Shown: piece by piece, positions 47,054 to 58,029 of the stretch | Layout: the number at the start of each line of letters is the position of its first letter | How positions within the stretch are numbered: position 1 is the stretch's first letter | Origin: Emiliania huxleyi CCMP1516 | Lineage: Eukaryota | Assembly (NCBI RefSeq): GCF_000372725.1 | Contig: NW_005202428.1 | Span: 586,679 to 650,678 of the forward strand | Reading direction: 5' to 3' | DNA length: 64,000 bases | The notes under the pieces: generated by a model | The model's database searches: none | The model's input: the letters and a program-made list of their open reading frames with translations, nothing else | Told to the model about the DNA's origin: nothing | Translations under genes and position numbers: made by a program

Positions 47054-50000
47054 TTACGCCGGCGGCGGCAGCGGCGCCGTGTGCGGCGCGAGGAATGGCT
47101 GCTTGAGCGCGTCCGCCGCTGTGAGGCGCTGGTCCGGCTCGTACTCGAGGCAGCCTGTGGACATGTCTCGGACATGTCGTGGACGTGTCCCGGACATGGT
47201 CTTGCTCGTACTCGAGGCAGCCGAGTAGCAGCTCGTACAGCCGCTGCAGCTCGCGCGCGCCGCCCGGCGGCTCGTCCTACACATAGAGAGCCTCTGTCTG
47301 AGTCTTTGTCTAGCGAGACCAGAGAGTCTCTCCGTCTAGCGAGACCTCCCCTCCGCCGCCCCGCCTCGCCTCCCGCGGGCCGAAGAGGACGTCGCGCAAG
47401 CGCGGCTGCGACCGCACGTGCGCCTCCGACCGCCTGACCACAGACGGGCCTCCTTGAGGTAAGACTCAAGGACAGGCGCCTCGAGGTCTGGGGAGATCTG
47501 GGGAGATCTGGGGAGATCTGGGGAGATGTGGGGAGATGTGGGGAGATGTGGGGAGGGTATGGGGAGATACGGGGAGATACGGCGGAGCGCCGGTCGTGTG
47601 CGCGGTCAGGCCAGCGCAGCGCGCCGTGCCGGACGTTCTTCTCCATCGAGCGCGAGCGGTCGGCAGCGGCACGGAGCATGTGCCTGCGTCGAGAGCGCGC
47701 CCAGAGTCAAGGGCTGGAACGCGGTCTCGCGCCGTGTATGCCGAGCACCGCGTGAAAGCAGCTTAGATGCAGCTGAATACGGCTGTGTTGCGCGGCTGAA
47801 TACGCGTCCTCTCGAGCACGATTTAGAACACGCGCGTCGCGCCTCATAGGGGAGATAGGGGGGGCACGGGGGGGTGTGGATATCTGCTCCGCATCTAGGG
47901 GCACGAGCGGCGGCAGCGAGCCGAGCAGCCGCTCCATCAGCGCGAGGTGCTCGACCTGGAGGGGGTCAATCTCGGGTCATCTCGGGTCATCTCGGGGAAT
48001 CTCGGGGAATCTCGGGTCATCAGCGCGATTGCTCCACCAGAGAGCGGCTACCCGGGAATCCTCTCGGCCAACCTCGGCCAACCTCGGCCAATCTCGGCCA
48101 ATCTCGCGCCTCGTCGTGCGTGCGGAAGAGCAGCTCGCCCGTCCACAGCTCGGCGAGGATGCAGCCCATGCTCCACACGTCCACCGCGTGGCTCCAGCCC
48201 AAGCCGAGCGTCACCTTCGGGCAGTGCGGCCGAGGTGCAGCCGAGGTGCAGCCGAGGTGCAGCCGAGGTGCGGCCGAGGTGCGGCCGAGGTGCGGCCGAG
48301 GTGCAGCCGAGGTGCGGCCGAGGTGCGGCCGAGGTGCGGCCGAGGTGGAGCCGAGGTGCGGCCGAGATCTAGCCCGAGATTGTGCCTCGGGCGGGCGGTA
48401 CTGCCGCGTGCACACGATCGAGCCTCCCGTCCGCTCGTCGCGCCTGAATCAGACTCTCCTCGTCACTGCCTCGATTCGAGCCTGAAAGAGCTGGCCAGCT
48501 CTCGTCGCGGCAAGAGAGGCCCCGATCGTCGACGAGGGGCGGTGGGGAGGCATGCTTCTATGCTTCTAGAGCCCGGCTAGAGATATCGGCTAGACCGCGG
48601 CTGCATCTCGGCTAGACCGCGGCTGCACCTCGGCCGCGCCTCGGCCGCGCCTCGGCCGCGCCTCGGCCGCGCCTCGGCTGCACCTCGGCCGCGCCTCGGC
48701 CGCGCCTCGGCTGCATCTCGGCTAGACCGCGGCTGCATCTCGGCTGCATCTCGGCTAGGCCGCGCCAAGTGGCGCCCCCAAAGTCGACGAGCCGGACGGC
48801 GGATGCAGTCGGCATCTCGCCCGCCTGGCGGGCAGAGGCACGGCCGGCGGCTGAGGGCGGGGACGGGGGGGGATGCAGCCGCGAAGGACGAGACCCTCTC
48901 GAGGTTGGTACCGTCGGAATACTCACCGCCTGGCCGGCTCGGCACTGGAGGCGGCGGCTTTCTCTCGTTCTCTCGGGCATCTCTCGGCCGCCTCTCGGCC
49001 GCCTCTCGGCCGCCTCTCGGCCGCCTCTCGGCCGTCTCTCGGCCACATCTCGATCCCTCGGCCACACCTCGGCCACACCTCGGCCACACCTCGGCCACAC
49101 CTCGGCCATCTCTCGGCCATACCTCCGCCATCGCTCGGCCACCCCTGGCCGTCTCTCGGCCACCCCTCGGCCGTCCCTCGCCGTGTCTCGGCCATCTCTG
49201 CGGCGGCATCTCGCCGGCTCGGCGGTCGAGGCGAAGAGCACGTTCTCCAGCTTGAGGTCCGTGTGCCTATGAGAAGGTTCCTAGAAGGTTCCTGGAAGGC
49301 TCCTGGCACGCTCCTCCAGCTTGAGGTCCGTGTGTGCGTGAGGCCGAGCCGGTGCAGGTGCGACAGAGCGAGGAAGCAGTCCGCGCCGATGGCTGCGACG
49401 CGCGGCAGCGAAAAGTAGGCGCCGACGCCCGAGCGGCCGCCGCCCACCTCGAGCTGCCTCCGGCGGCGGCGCAGCACGTCGTACAGAGACGAGCCTGACG
49501 TTGTGAGGAGCGCCAGAGTCGGGTTCCCGCGCTCGGAGCAGATCGTGAGTACGAGGGCTGCGAGGCGAGCGAATGCAGCGGGAGACAGCGGGGTGCAGTT
49601 GGACTCGCGCCCTCTGGAGTGCTCGTCCGAAGACGACAAGTGTCTCCTTCTTCCGATCTAGAGGCGCGAGCCCAGCCGGTCAAGCACGATGCAAAAGTGG
49701 CCTCGCTCGGTAAAGGTGCGGTGGAGGCGGCAGATGGGGACGGCGCTGTCGGAAGGCAGCCGCGCCTGCACCTCGCGCAGGATGTCGGCCTCCACCTGCG
49801 CCTCGTCGCGGTACTTGCTCACCGCGCGCACCACCTTGACCGCACAGAGCGCGCCGCTGCCACGCTCGCTCATCTCGACGACGCGGCCAAACGTCCCCTT
49901 GCCGAGCTCGCGCACGACCTCGAGCTGGCCGCCGTCGAAGCGGTCGCCCACCCGCACCATGTAGTGGTTCTCCGCCCGCTCCTCCGCCGCGGCCGAGTCG

Positions 50001-50134
50001 TCGCGAGCCGAGGAGCCGCCGGGCGAGCGGGCCCACTCGCTCGCCGGCCCGCGCTTGGAGCGATCCTGCGACTGGCCCCGCGCCGGCGGGCTCCTTTTGC
50101 GACGGTTGCCGCGGTGGTTCCGGTCCCGCGACAT
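47054..50134 (-). CDS. CLK/LAMMER dual-specificity kinase, multi-exon
   Basis: [100 protein letters not shown]. Confidence 0.9.
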
Positions 50135-50470
50135 TTGAAAGCGGCGCGGGCACGACGACGACGACGACAGAGAGCGGCCCGTTTTTGAAAAGAATTTTTC
50201 GGGTTAAGCACACGCACAGCGCGAGGCCTTGCGCCCCATGCGGTACGGGGCCGTGAAACCCATCGCCTGGGGGTACTAGGACACCGAGAGACATGATCCA
50301 GGAGCGCCAGGCACACCCACAGTGGTCAACACGAGAAAGTCGAAATCGTGCCCCCGGAACGCGGCGACCGCAAATCTGACTAAAGTGTAACAAACAGGGA
50401 CAGTGCCGAGTACCGACTGTACAGGGCCGACTACTGCCCATGGCTCAATCACTAGGCCCCAGGGGCCCAC

Positions 50471-52140
50471 CTAAGTGGCGCGGGCGTGGCGGCGCGGCCT
50501 CTCGGGCGGCGCAGGGGCGGCCTCTGGTGCCGGCGTGAGCTCCGGCGGCGGCGCCTGCGGCGCGGTCAGTAAGCGGTGTTGCGCCTCCGCCGCGCTCACA
50601 AGCTCGCGCGCCGCGTCCAGGCCGGCGTCAGAGCTTCCCACCGAGGGCGTAAGCTCGCGGAGCAGGGTTGCGAGGGCGGCCTGCAGCTCAGGCTTGTTGC
50701 CCTTCCCCTCTTTGCCGCACGAGCGCAGCACCGCGGTCGCCTGCGGGTTCGTCAGCGCAGAGAGCGGCTTCGTCGCAGCGATGTTGAGCGCCTCCTTGGC
50801 GAGCGCGAACTCGGCGGTCTTCTTGTTCTCCGATTCCGACGCCTTGTCCCCCCGCCGCAGCTCGGCAAGCCGCGCCTCGACCCGATCGTGGATCGTCTTC
50901 GCCCGGAGCACCTGTGTCGCAAGCTCACCGGACGCAGAGCCGGGAAGCTTCCACACGTTTCCTGCCGTCACGCCGGGCGGCTTGGGAGGCTCAGGCCCGC
51001 CCGCGCGCCGCGCCGCCACCTGTTTATCCACCTCGGCATTTATCGCCTCCTCGGACAGCAGCTCGGGGTCGGCTGCGATGGTCGAGGCCATCGAGTGGAC
51101 CACCGGCTCTGTCAGCCCAAACTCGGCCAGCCAGCGGCGGTCAGGCTCCACGGCCGGGCGAGTCTTGTCGACCGACGACCGGCGCTCGGCCGCCTTGAGC
51201 GAGTGGAACAACGCGCAGTTGAACTTGGGGAAGACGCCCTCTTTAGCCCACCCCTCCGCCACCTTCTCGCGGCTGAAGGCCCGCTCCCACGGCGACTTTG
51301 CGCACCGGAGCACGTCCACGTGCGTGAGCTTGCCGGCGGCCACCCGCGCCTGCGCGCTCGGCTCCTCGCCTAAGGCATTGATCTTGTCGGCACGCAGGAG
51401 AAGCTTCTCCTTCTCGAAGGCCGGCTGGAAGTCGGCGAAGTTCACGAAGTCCTCGTGCTGGTTGTCCTGCGAACCGTGGGAGTAGCGGAGGCACGTGCGC
51501 ACACGCTTCGCGTGCGACGCCTGCATCCATTGCAGGCCATGGTGCTGCTTGAGACCGTCGCAAAGCACGACGTCGTCCGGGTCAAGGCGCGTCGCCTTTC
51601 GCTTCAGGCGCGAGCTGGTGTCGGCGCCGTGGTCGGGCAGCGATGGGAGGACAATATCCTCGAGAAACATGGGCATCATCTCACTCTCCATACCCGCGCT
51701 GTCGCTCTGCACGTACCGAGCGCCGCGCGGCTTGCCCGTCGTGGGGTCGACGAGAGCGCTCACGGGTCCGACGGCGTCGAGCGTGTGCGGCTTGGCCTTC
51801 TTTGCCAGCGCCGTCGACGAGAGCTGCGAGATGATCAAGGTCGGTGCCGCCGCGCCGCTCATCAAGTCTGCCGCAACGTAAGTGAACTTGGCGCCGCCCT
51901 TCGCCGCGGCGCTCTCGCCGCTGTCAAGCGGCGTGGCACGCTCTTTCGCCGGCATGACCCACCCACGCCTGGGGTCGCGGTCTCGGCCGACGCGCGCCGC
52001 GCCGTGCCCGCGCCGGCTGCCCGGCTCGGCCACGTGCACGCCTCGCAACGCCTGGCGTGCTCGTCGCTTTGCTCGTCCTCGTTCGTCGGCGCGTGCTCGT
52101 CGCTTGGCTGCCAAAGTATTGAGGACGGGGCGGATGTGAC
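50471..52140 (-). mobile_element. Pogo/Tc5-like DDE_1 transposase (5' part degenerate) with a C-terminal SAP-like motif
   Basis: VVLCDGLKQH..CLRYSHGSQDNQHEDFVNFADFQ parallels DDE_1 'LLlDgH.SH...P.htSh.lQPlD...F'; W..AFS...V..GW...G..P; LSALTNPQATAVLRSCGKEGKGNKPELQAAL. Confidence 0.7.
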
Positions 52141-52606
52141 TAGAGCGTGTAGAGGCAATCCCCCCTCACCCCCGCGCGGCCGATGAGTGGTGGTGGTAAC
52201 TCGAACGTCTTGATGATGATGTCAATAGAAAAAGAATTCAACAAAGAGACAACTCTCTCGCACAGCACACAGGTTCGACACAGGTACCAAAAGAGGCGCA
52301 CAGCCGGAAAAAGAAGAAACTCCAAAACTCTCCTTGCCAACGCTGTATGCCGGTCGCCTCGTTCGATCGCCGAGTTGTGAGCAAATCGAGGCACGCTCGA
52401 TGTGGTAACTCAAAAAAAGAATTTTTCTCAAACCCCTTTTTTAATTTGGCATCCCATCCCTCCTTTACGTGGTGTTTTCTTTCTTTCTTGCGCCAGTCTG
52501 CGCCCTTGTCGTGCCAGTGTGCTGTGAGAGAGGCTTGTATCTTAAGAATTCTTTCTTTCTTTCTACCTTGCCTTCAGCTGGGTGTGCGGCATCGCCGCTC
52601 CCCGCC

Positions 52607-54352
52607 ATGCTCTCGGCCGTTTTCGTATCGGCTGCCGCTAGCGGAGAGGGCGCGGTCCGCGCCCTCTCCGCCAGGGCCGCTGGCGGAGCAAGCGCGGTCC
52701 ACCGCTCCCTCTCCGCCAGCGCCGACGGCAGGCTATGGATCGCAGACTCGATACTTGACGGCCTCACCCATCACCTGCGCCCGATCGTCGCCGATGCTGT
52801 GTGCGAGGCTCCGCTGCACCACTTCTATGCCAACACCGTCCATGTAGAGCGGAGCTTCGACATCAGTGTCCACCAGCTGGGCGTGACGGGCTGCGACGTT
52901 GCAGCCTTCACCCTGCGCTGCGCACAGGGAGGAGGCATCCTCGCCACCATCGGCGGCCTGAAGGCTGCGGCCGCAGGCCGCGTACGGGTCACCCAGCAGT
53001 CATGGCCGCACGCCGACTTTGAGGCCGACTTTGCGGCTCAGATGCTAGAGACAGGCATCTCAGTGCTTTTCGACGTGTTCGTCACGCCGGAAGGCAAGGC
53101 CGCTCTGCACGTGCGCGAGGCGCATGCCGACATTTCGCTCAAAGAGATTGCGCTCGAGAATGTCCGCGGCCTCAACACGCTGTCCATGCTGCTGACCTAC
53201 CTCGTCCGGCAGGCAACGGGTCTATTCACCGAGAAGCGCATCCAAAAGCACACCTCCAACCTCACCCACGTCCTCGACCACTCCTTCCCGCACCTGCCTG
53301 TCGGACGCCTCGCAGAGTGGCTCGGCCTCGGCCACGGCGGCGCCGCGCTCGGCTTGCGGCTCGGCAGCACCCTCTATGCCCCGCCAACCTGGCGGGTCGA
53401 TGCGACGTGGCTCTTGAGCGAGGATCCTGGGAGGGCAGCACAGGCTGCGGCCTCCTCTTATTCCGCGGCCAACACCACCACCGCCGCCTCCGCCGCCGCC
53501 CTCATCGCCCCCACCGCCGCCTCCTCTGCTGCAACCGCCTTGCCCACCTTGCCGCCGCCCCGCCACCGCAAAGCGCACGTCGTTGGCGCCCTCTCCCTGG
53601 CCGGCGGGCTCGAGTCGCTGGCAGGCTCGCTCGAACAGCTTGGCGAGGGCGCCTCCGGCGTGCGCGCGCTGCTCGGCTGCCTGCACATGCACAAGGACAA
53701 GGCCGAGGACTCGAGCCGCTTCGCGTGTGCGCTGGACGTGGCGGCGGCGCCGCTCGACGCGCTCGCCGCCGCCGTGTCGCGGGTCGAGGAGCGGTCGGGC
53801 GTGGTGCGGGCGGCAGCCTCGCGGCTCTGGGACGCTCTCGAGGCGACGTTCGCCGGGGAGGATGCGGCGGACGGACCCAAGGAGATGGAGGACCGTGAGG
53901 CGGCCCTCGGCGTGCACGCCTGCCTCGCGGCGGCACGGGGAGGGGCGAGCAGCCCTGCCGCGGGAGAAGGGGGTGCTTCGGCCCCGCCCTTCTCGTCCAC
54001 GCTGCGCTGCGTGCTCCACGCGAGGCCCGCGGCGCCGCTCCTCCACCACCTCGAGGCGCTGCTGCTGCCACCCCCGCCGGCGCTCAAAGGCGGCGCGGCG
54101 ACGGCGGGCGCTCACGACGGAGGACGCGACCTTCTATCTGGATGGAGCGGCGTCGCGGCAGAGCTCGCCGAGGTGACCGGGCTGCTGAGCGCCGCCGCCG
54201 CCGTCCGCGCGTCGCCGCTGTGGCCGGAGGGCGTGGTCGTCGATGTGGACGACGGCCGCCTCTGGGTGTCCGCCAACCTCAGCTTCCGGCCCGGCCGCAC
54301 GGTCGAGGGGGAGGTTGCGGCGTTCGGGGCGCTGCTCGGCGCCGAGAACTGA
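52607..54352 (+). CDS. Hypothetical secreted protein (possible BPI/TULIP-like fold)
   Basis: Long intronless ORF with strong codon bias and a hydrophobic N-terminus MLSAVFVSAAA; the fold guess is weak. Confidence 0.6.
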   Translation: MLSAVFVSAAASGEGAVRALSARAAGGASAVHRSLSASADGRLWIADSILDGLTHHLRPIVADAVCEAPLHHFYANTVHVERSFDISVHQLGVTGCDVAAFTLRCAQGGGILATIGGLKAAAAGRVRVTQQSWPHADFEADFAAQMLETGISVLFDVFVTPEGKAALHVREAHADISLKEIALENVRGLNTLSMLLTYLVRQATGLFTEKRIQKHTSNLTHVLDHSFPHLPVGRLAEWLGLGHGGAALGLRLGSTLYAPPTWRVDATWLLSEDPGRAAQAAASSYSAANTTTAASAAALIAPTAASSAATALPTLPPPRHRKAHVVGALSLAGGLESLAGSLEQLGEGASGVRALLGCLHMHKDKAEDSSRFACALDVAAAPLDALAAAVSRVEERSGVVRAAASRLWDALEATFAGEDAADGPKEMEDREAALGVHACLAAARGGASSPAAGEGGASAPPFSSTLRCVLHARPAAPLLHHLEALLLPPPPALKGGAATAGAHDGGRDLLSGWSGVAAELAEVTGLLSAAAAVRASPLWPEGVVVDVDDGRLWVSANLSFRPGRTVEGEVAAFGALLGAEN

Positions 54353-54578
54353 CGACGCTAGGTGGTGGCTTCGCCGCTCTCGCTCTCGCCCGCAGCCATT
54401 CCGCCCGCAAACGCCACAGCGGGAAGGAGTCTCTATTGTCGCGCGTGAAGCAGTGAGCAGAAATGTTGAGCGCATGCACATCAGACTCAGCCACATGTCT
54501 GCCAGCGCAGCAACTACTCCTGGTACGGCGCGGCTACTGTATGGCCCATGTCCATGTATGGTGTGCTAGCACCTGTTG

Positions 54579-56100
54579 ATTAATTAATTAAATAAATAAA
54601 TAAAACGGACACCTCTACTAGGAGATGGGTAAAAAGGAACAGGTCCCCGCCCTGCGGTCTTTGTGCAGGGTTCTTTGTGGGTGTGGTCTGCGTCGTCTGG
54701 CGACTTGTCCTCCATAGTCGGTTGAGGTTGCCGCCCAGCGCCCTCCTCGTGCCTCTTCCCAACGTTCCCTCGGCGGTCGATGCCGTCTGGTCCGCCTCCG
54801 CCGTCCCCGGGTCTGCCCTGCCCTCGTCTGCACTAGCTTCTGTTTCGTCATCACTGGCGCCTCTCCTCTTCTTTCTCCTCTTCTTGCATGCTTTGTACAT
54901 CGCGTCGATTCCTTTTCGCGTGAGCACCACCCTGAAGCTCGCCCAGCAGCGGAACCGCTCCCTAAGTCGAAGGAGCATCATCAGTCTCACCCACTTCGCT
55001 CGCTGCCCACTGTCTCCGCTCCCTCCCGCTTGAGCTGCCGTCGCGGTCCTCGTTCGTCCCACTGGCTGCTGGCCTGTCTGCACGTTGCCTCCGTTATCCC
55101 CCCTCCTCCGCGACTCCCTCAAGGCCGGGCGGGCCTCCTTCCACCCAGCGAAGAGCTTCCTCAGCCACTCGATGTGTTCCTCTCTTTTCATTATGCGCGC
55201 CGTTGCTTCATCATTGAGCTGTATCCACCTCTGCACCGCTCCCGTCGCCGCCTCGGCCACGACTTGCAAGTTCCTCGTGACCCCGGTGCCAAGGTCCCTT
55301 CGGCTCTTCTCCGAGAGGTCATCTACCAGTGCTGGCAACACCCCCCCGACTGCGGGGGCTAGTGTATCGTACCCGTCCTCATCCAGCACCCTGTAGCGTG
55401 AGCCCTTCAGCGCAGCGACATGCGCCATCCTCAGCGTCTTCAGCGTATCCTTGGAGTCGGGTGCCGCCTGTGCCACTTTGCTGATCGCCGTCCCTGTCTG
55501 CGCTCGCGCTACTCTGAGGAACCATCTGGCCTGCTCCCTATTCCCCAGGCAGGCGCCGCTAAGCACGTGCGCCATTGTCGCTCTAGGCGGGTTCTCATCT
55601 TCCTCGGTCCATTGCTGCGCGGCTTTCCGCACGATCGGACACAGCGGGTCCCGCTTTAGTGCTGCCCTCCTCGCCGCGTCCCTCGCGGCCTTACAGACGA
55701 GGCAGCCCCTGAGTTCGCTCCTTGTGGCGGCGCCCGGGGTCTCCCTCCCCGCCTCTCCCCGCATGATCCTCTCGTGGTGCGCTCCGTGTGGCACCCCCGC
55801 CTGCTGCCGCACCCGCGCTCCCATGACGGTCTTTGTCACCACGTTATGATCATCCACATCGGCGAAATCAATCTCGCGCTCGCCGTGCTGATCCTTGATC
55901 CGCTGGCGCTTGTCCCATTTGTGTCTCGTCGTTCCCCTGACCACGTCGCTCCACAGCGGCCCCGTCACCCCTGCCGTGTGCGACCCAGCCGTGATCTACC
56001 GCTCCAAACTCGGGACTGCCCTGAGCAAATTTGGAGCAGACCAGCTCCATGCCCGCCGCCTTCTCCTTTGCAGTGCAATCGCACACGAGCATCTTGGTGA
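54579..56100 (-). mobile_element. 5'-truncated LINE-like element (ORF2 C-terminus) with an AT-rich (TTTA)n 3' tail
   Basis: ORF with CLVCK...TMAHVLSGAC (CCHC); upstream CDCTAK resembling the RNase H 'AD..AK' motif; the minus strand ends ttttatttatttatttaattaatt at about 54605-54579. Confidence 0.55.
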
Positions 56101-56129
56101 CGACCGTGTCGGACACACGAGCATCTTGG

Positions 56130-56900
56130 GGAGTGCGACACGGACGGAGGCGGCGTGGAGGGAGGCACAGACGGCGGTGCGGAGGGTGGGGTGGTGGGCG
56201 GGGTGGAGGGCGGAACGAAGGTTGGCGTGGAGGGTGGCGTAGATGGTAGCTCAGAGGGCGGCTTGGAGGGTGGCGTGGAGGGCGACGCTGTGGGGCTGAA
56301 AGTAGGCGAGGCCGTCGGCGACGCTGTGGGGCTGGCGGTAGGCGAAGCCGTCGGCGACGCTGTGGGGCTGAAGGTGGGGCTGAAGGAGGAGGGCGGAACG
56401 ATGGGTGGCGTGGAGGGTGGCTGAGAGGGGGGGGTGGAGGGTGGCTTAGAGGGCGGTGGTGGCGTCGGAGGCGGCAGTGTGGGGGGCGGCGCCGACGGGC
56501 CGCACTCGGAGCAGCCGTTGCACCCCCCCCAGGTGCACTTGTCATCCCAGGCCTGTGTTTTGTCCTCACAAAACGGCTTGCACGCATTGCAAACGTCCCC
56601 GCAGGCCGAGCAGCCGTTCCATGAGCACTTTACTGACCATGGTTGCGTCTTGGTCTCACAGAAGGGCTTGCACTCAGACTCGGCGCCGCACTCGGAGCAG
56701 CCGTTGCAGCCCGCCCAGGTGCACTTGACATCCCAGGCCTGCGTCTTGGTCTCACAGAAGGGCTTGCACTCAGACTCGGCGACGCACTCGGAGCAGCCGT
56801 TGCAGCCCGCCCAGGTGCACTTGACATCCCAGGCCTGCGTCTTGGTCTCACAGAAGGGCTTGCACTCGGACTCGGCGGACTCGGCTCCTCATCCCTGAAG
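56130..56900 (-). CDS. Cys-rich repeat + PSxP-rich extracellular protein exon, truncated by the LINE
   Basis: 96-bp tandem unit (starts 56645, 56741, 56837) encoding ECKPFCETKTQAWDVKCTWAGCNGCSEC, followed by a PPS/PTASP stalk. Confidence 0.65.
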
Positions 56901-58029
56901 CCACCTGCAGAAAATGCAGGCGGTGTTGCCGCAGCGCGCGGGGGCCCTGCCGCCCCAGGGGGAGGCGCTTGGCAAGCCTAGTACCCTGTGGCTAGCCCCT
57001 GGTCGGCTTAGGGTACCCCTAGGGTTCTGAGGGCCGCGGATTGTTTTAAGACCTTTTGAGAAATGAGGAAGTTTGGGGGCTTAACTTGCCATTTAAGAGA
57101 TTGCAGGCACGGGGGGTCCCTCTTTTAAGACCGTCTAAGAAAATCGGCCTCGCCGGCATGCGTCGCTGGGTTCCGCGCCGTTTTCTCCAATACTGGGTTG
57201 CCCCCCCTTGCCCCACCACCTCGTGTGTGTGGAGAAGTTTACCTTACCTTCAAGGTACCTTACCTTACCTTCTCCAATACTGCCGTTATTAGGCACAAAC
57301 CCGCCTCCGAAGACACATATGTAAGTCTGGTGCACTGGCAGGAGCCATACTCGCATAGGGGACGCGTGCTAGCTGACTGTAGCCAGCTTCCCGTCCTCCG
57401 GCGTCTACCAGGAGCCTCCCGGACGCCATCGACCTCGGGAGCTCTCTCCCGCACCGTTTAAGCATTTAAGACCGTTTAAGGAATCGGCGGCCCAGCAGCA
57501 GTATAGCAGCTTTTAAACCTGCCTACGTAGGCAGGTTTTAAGCCGTTTAAGCCGCAGGACGCAGGTGCCCCAGGGCCCACCGTTTTAAGCCTAGGGGTCC
57601 CCTAAGCTGGTCGGTCTCTCGTGTTTTTACTAAGGCACGAACGACGCAAACCCACACCCCAGCACAGACCACAGTGGTCAGTGCGCGCGCGTGCACGTCC
57701 ATGCGTGCGCGACCCGAGCACCCGACACCCGAGAGAGATTTATTGTCTAGGCAATACTGGCTCTGCGCACTGCGGGTCTGGGGAGGCCTCGCCGCCTGGC
57801 ACTCAAACATCAGCCCCCCAAAGGGGAACCGCGCCGGCTCCTGTGAATCAAAAAAGAATTTTACAACCCCAGTCCCGTGCCCAGTGTCGTGCAAAAAAGG
57901 ATTTTACGACTTCTCCCTGTTGACAACCGCCCTGTCTCTTTTCTCCCAGTAAGCTAAAAGTACAGTAGGCTCAAAAAGTAGGCGCGGGCCGGGGGCACGA
58001 CGCACGTCCTCCAAAAGAGAGCACCGTCC

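Noticed and set aside
50420..50450. TA-CAGGGCCGAC as the terminal inverted repeat of the pogo-like element
   Set aside because: No matching inverted copy was found on the other side of the transposase.
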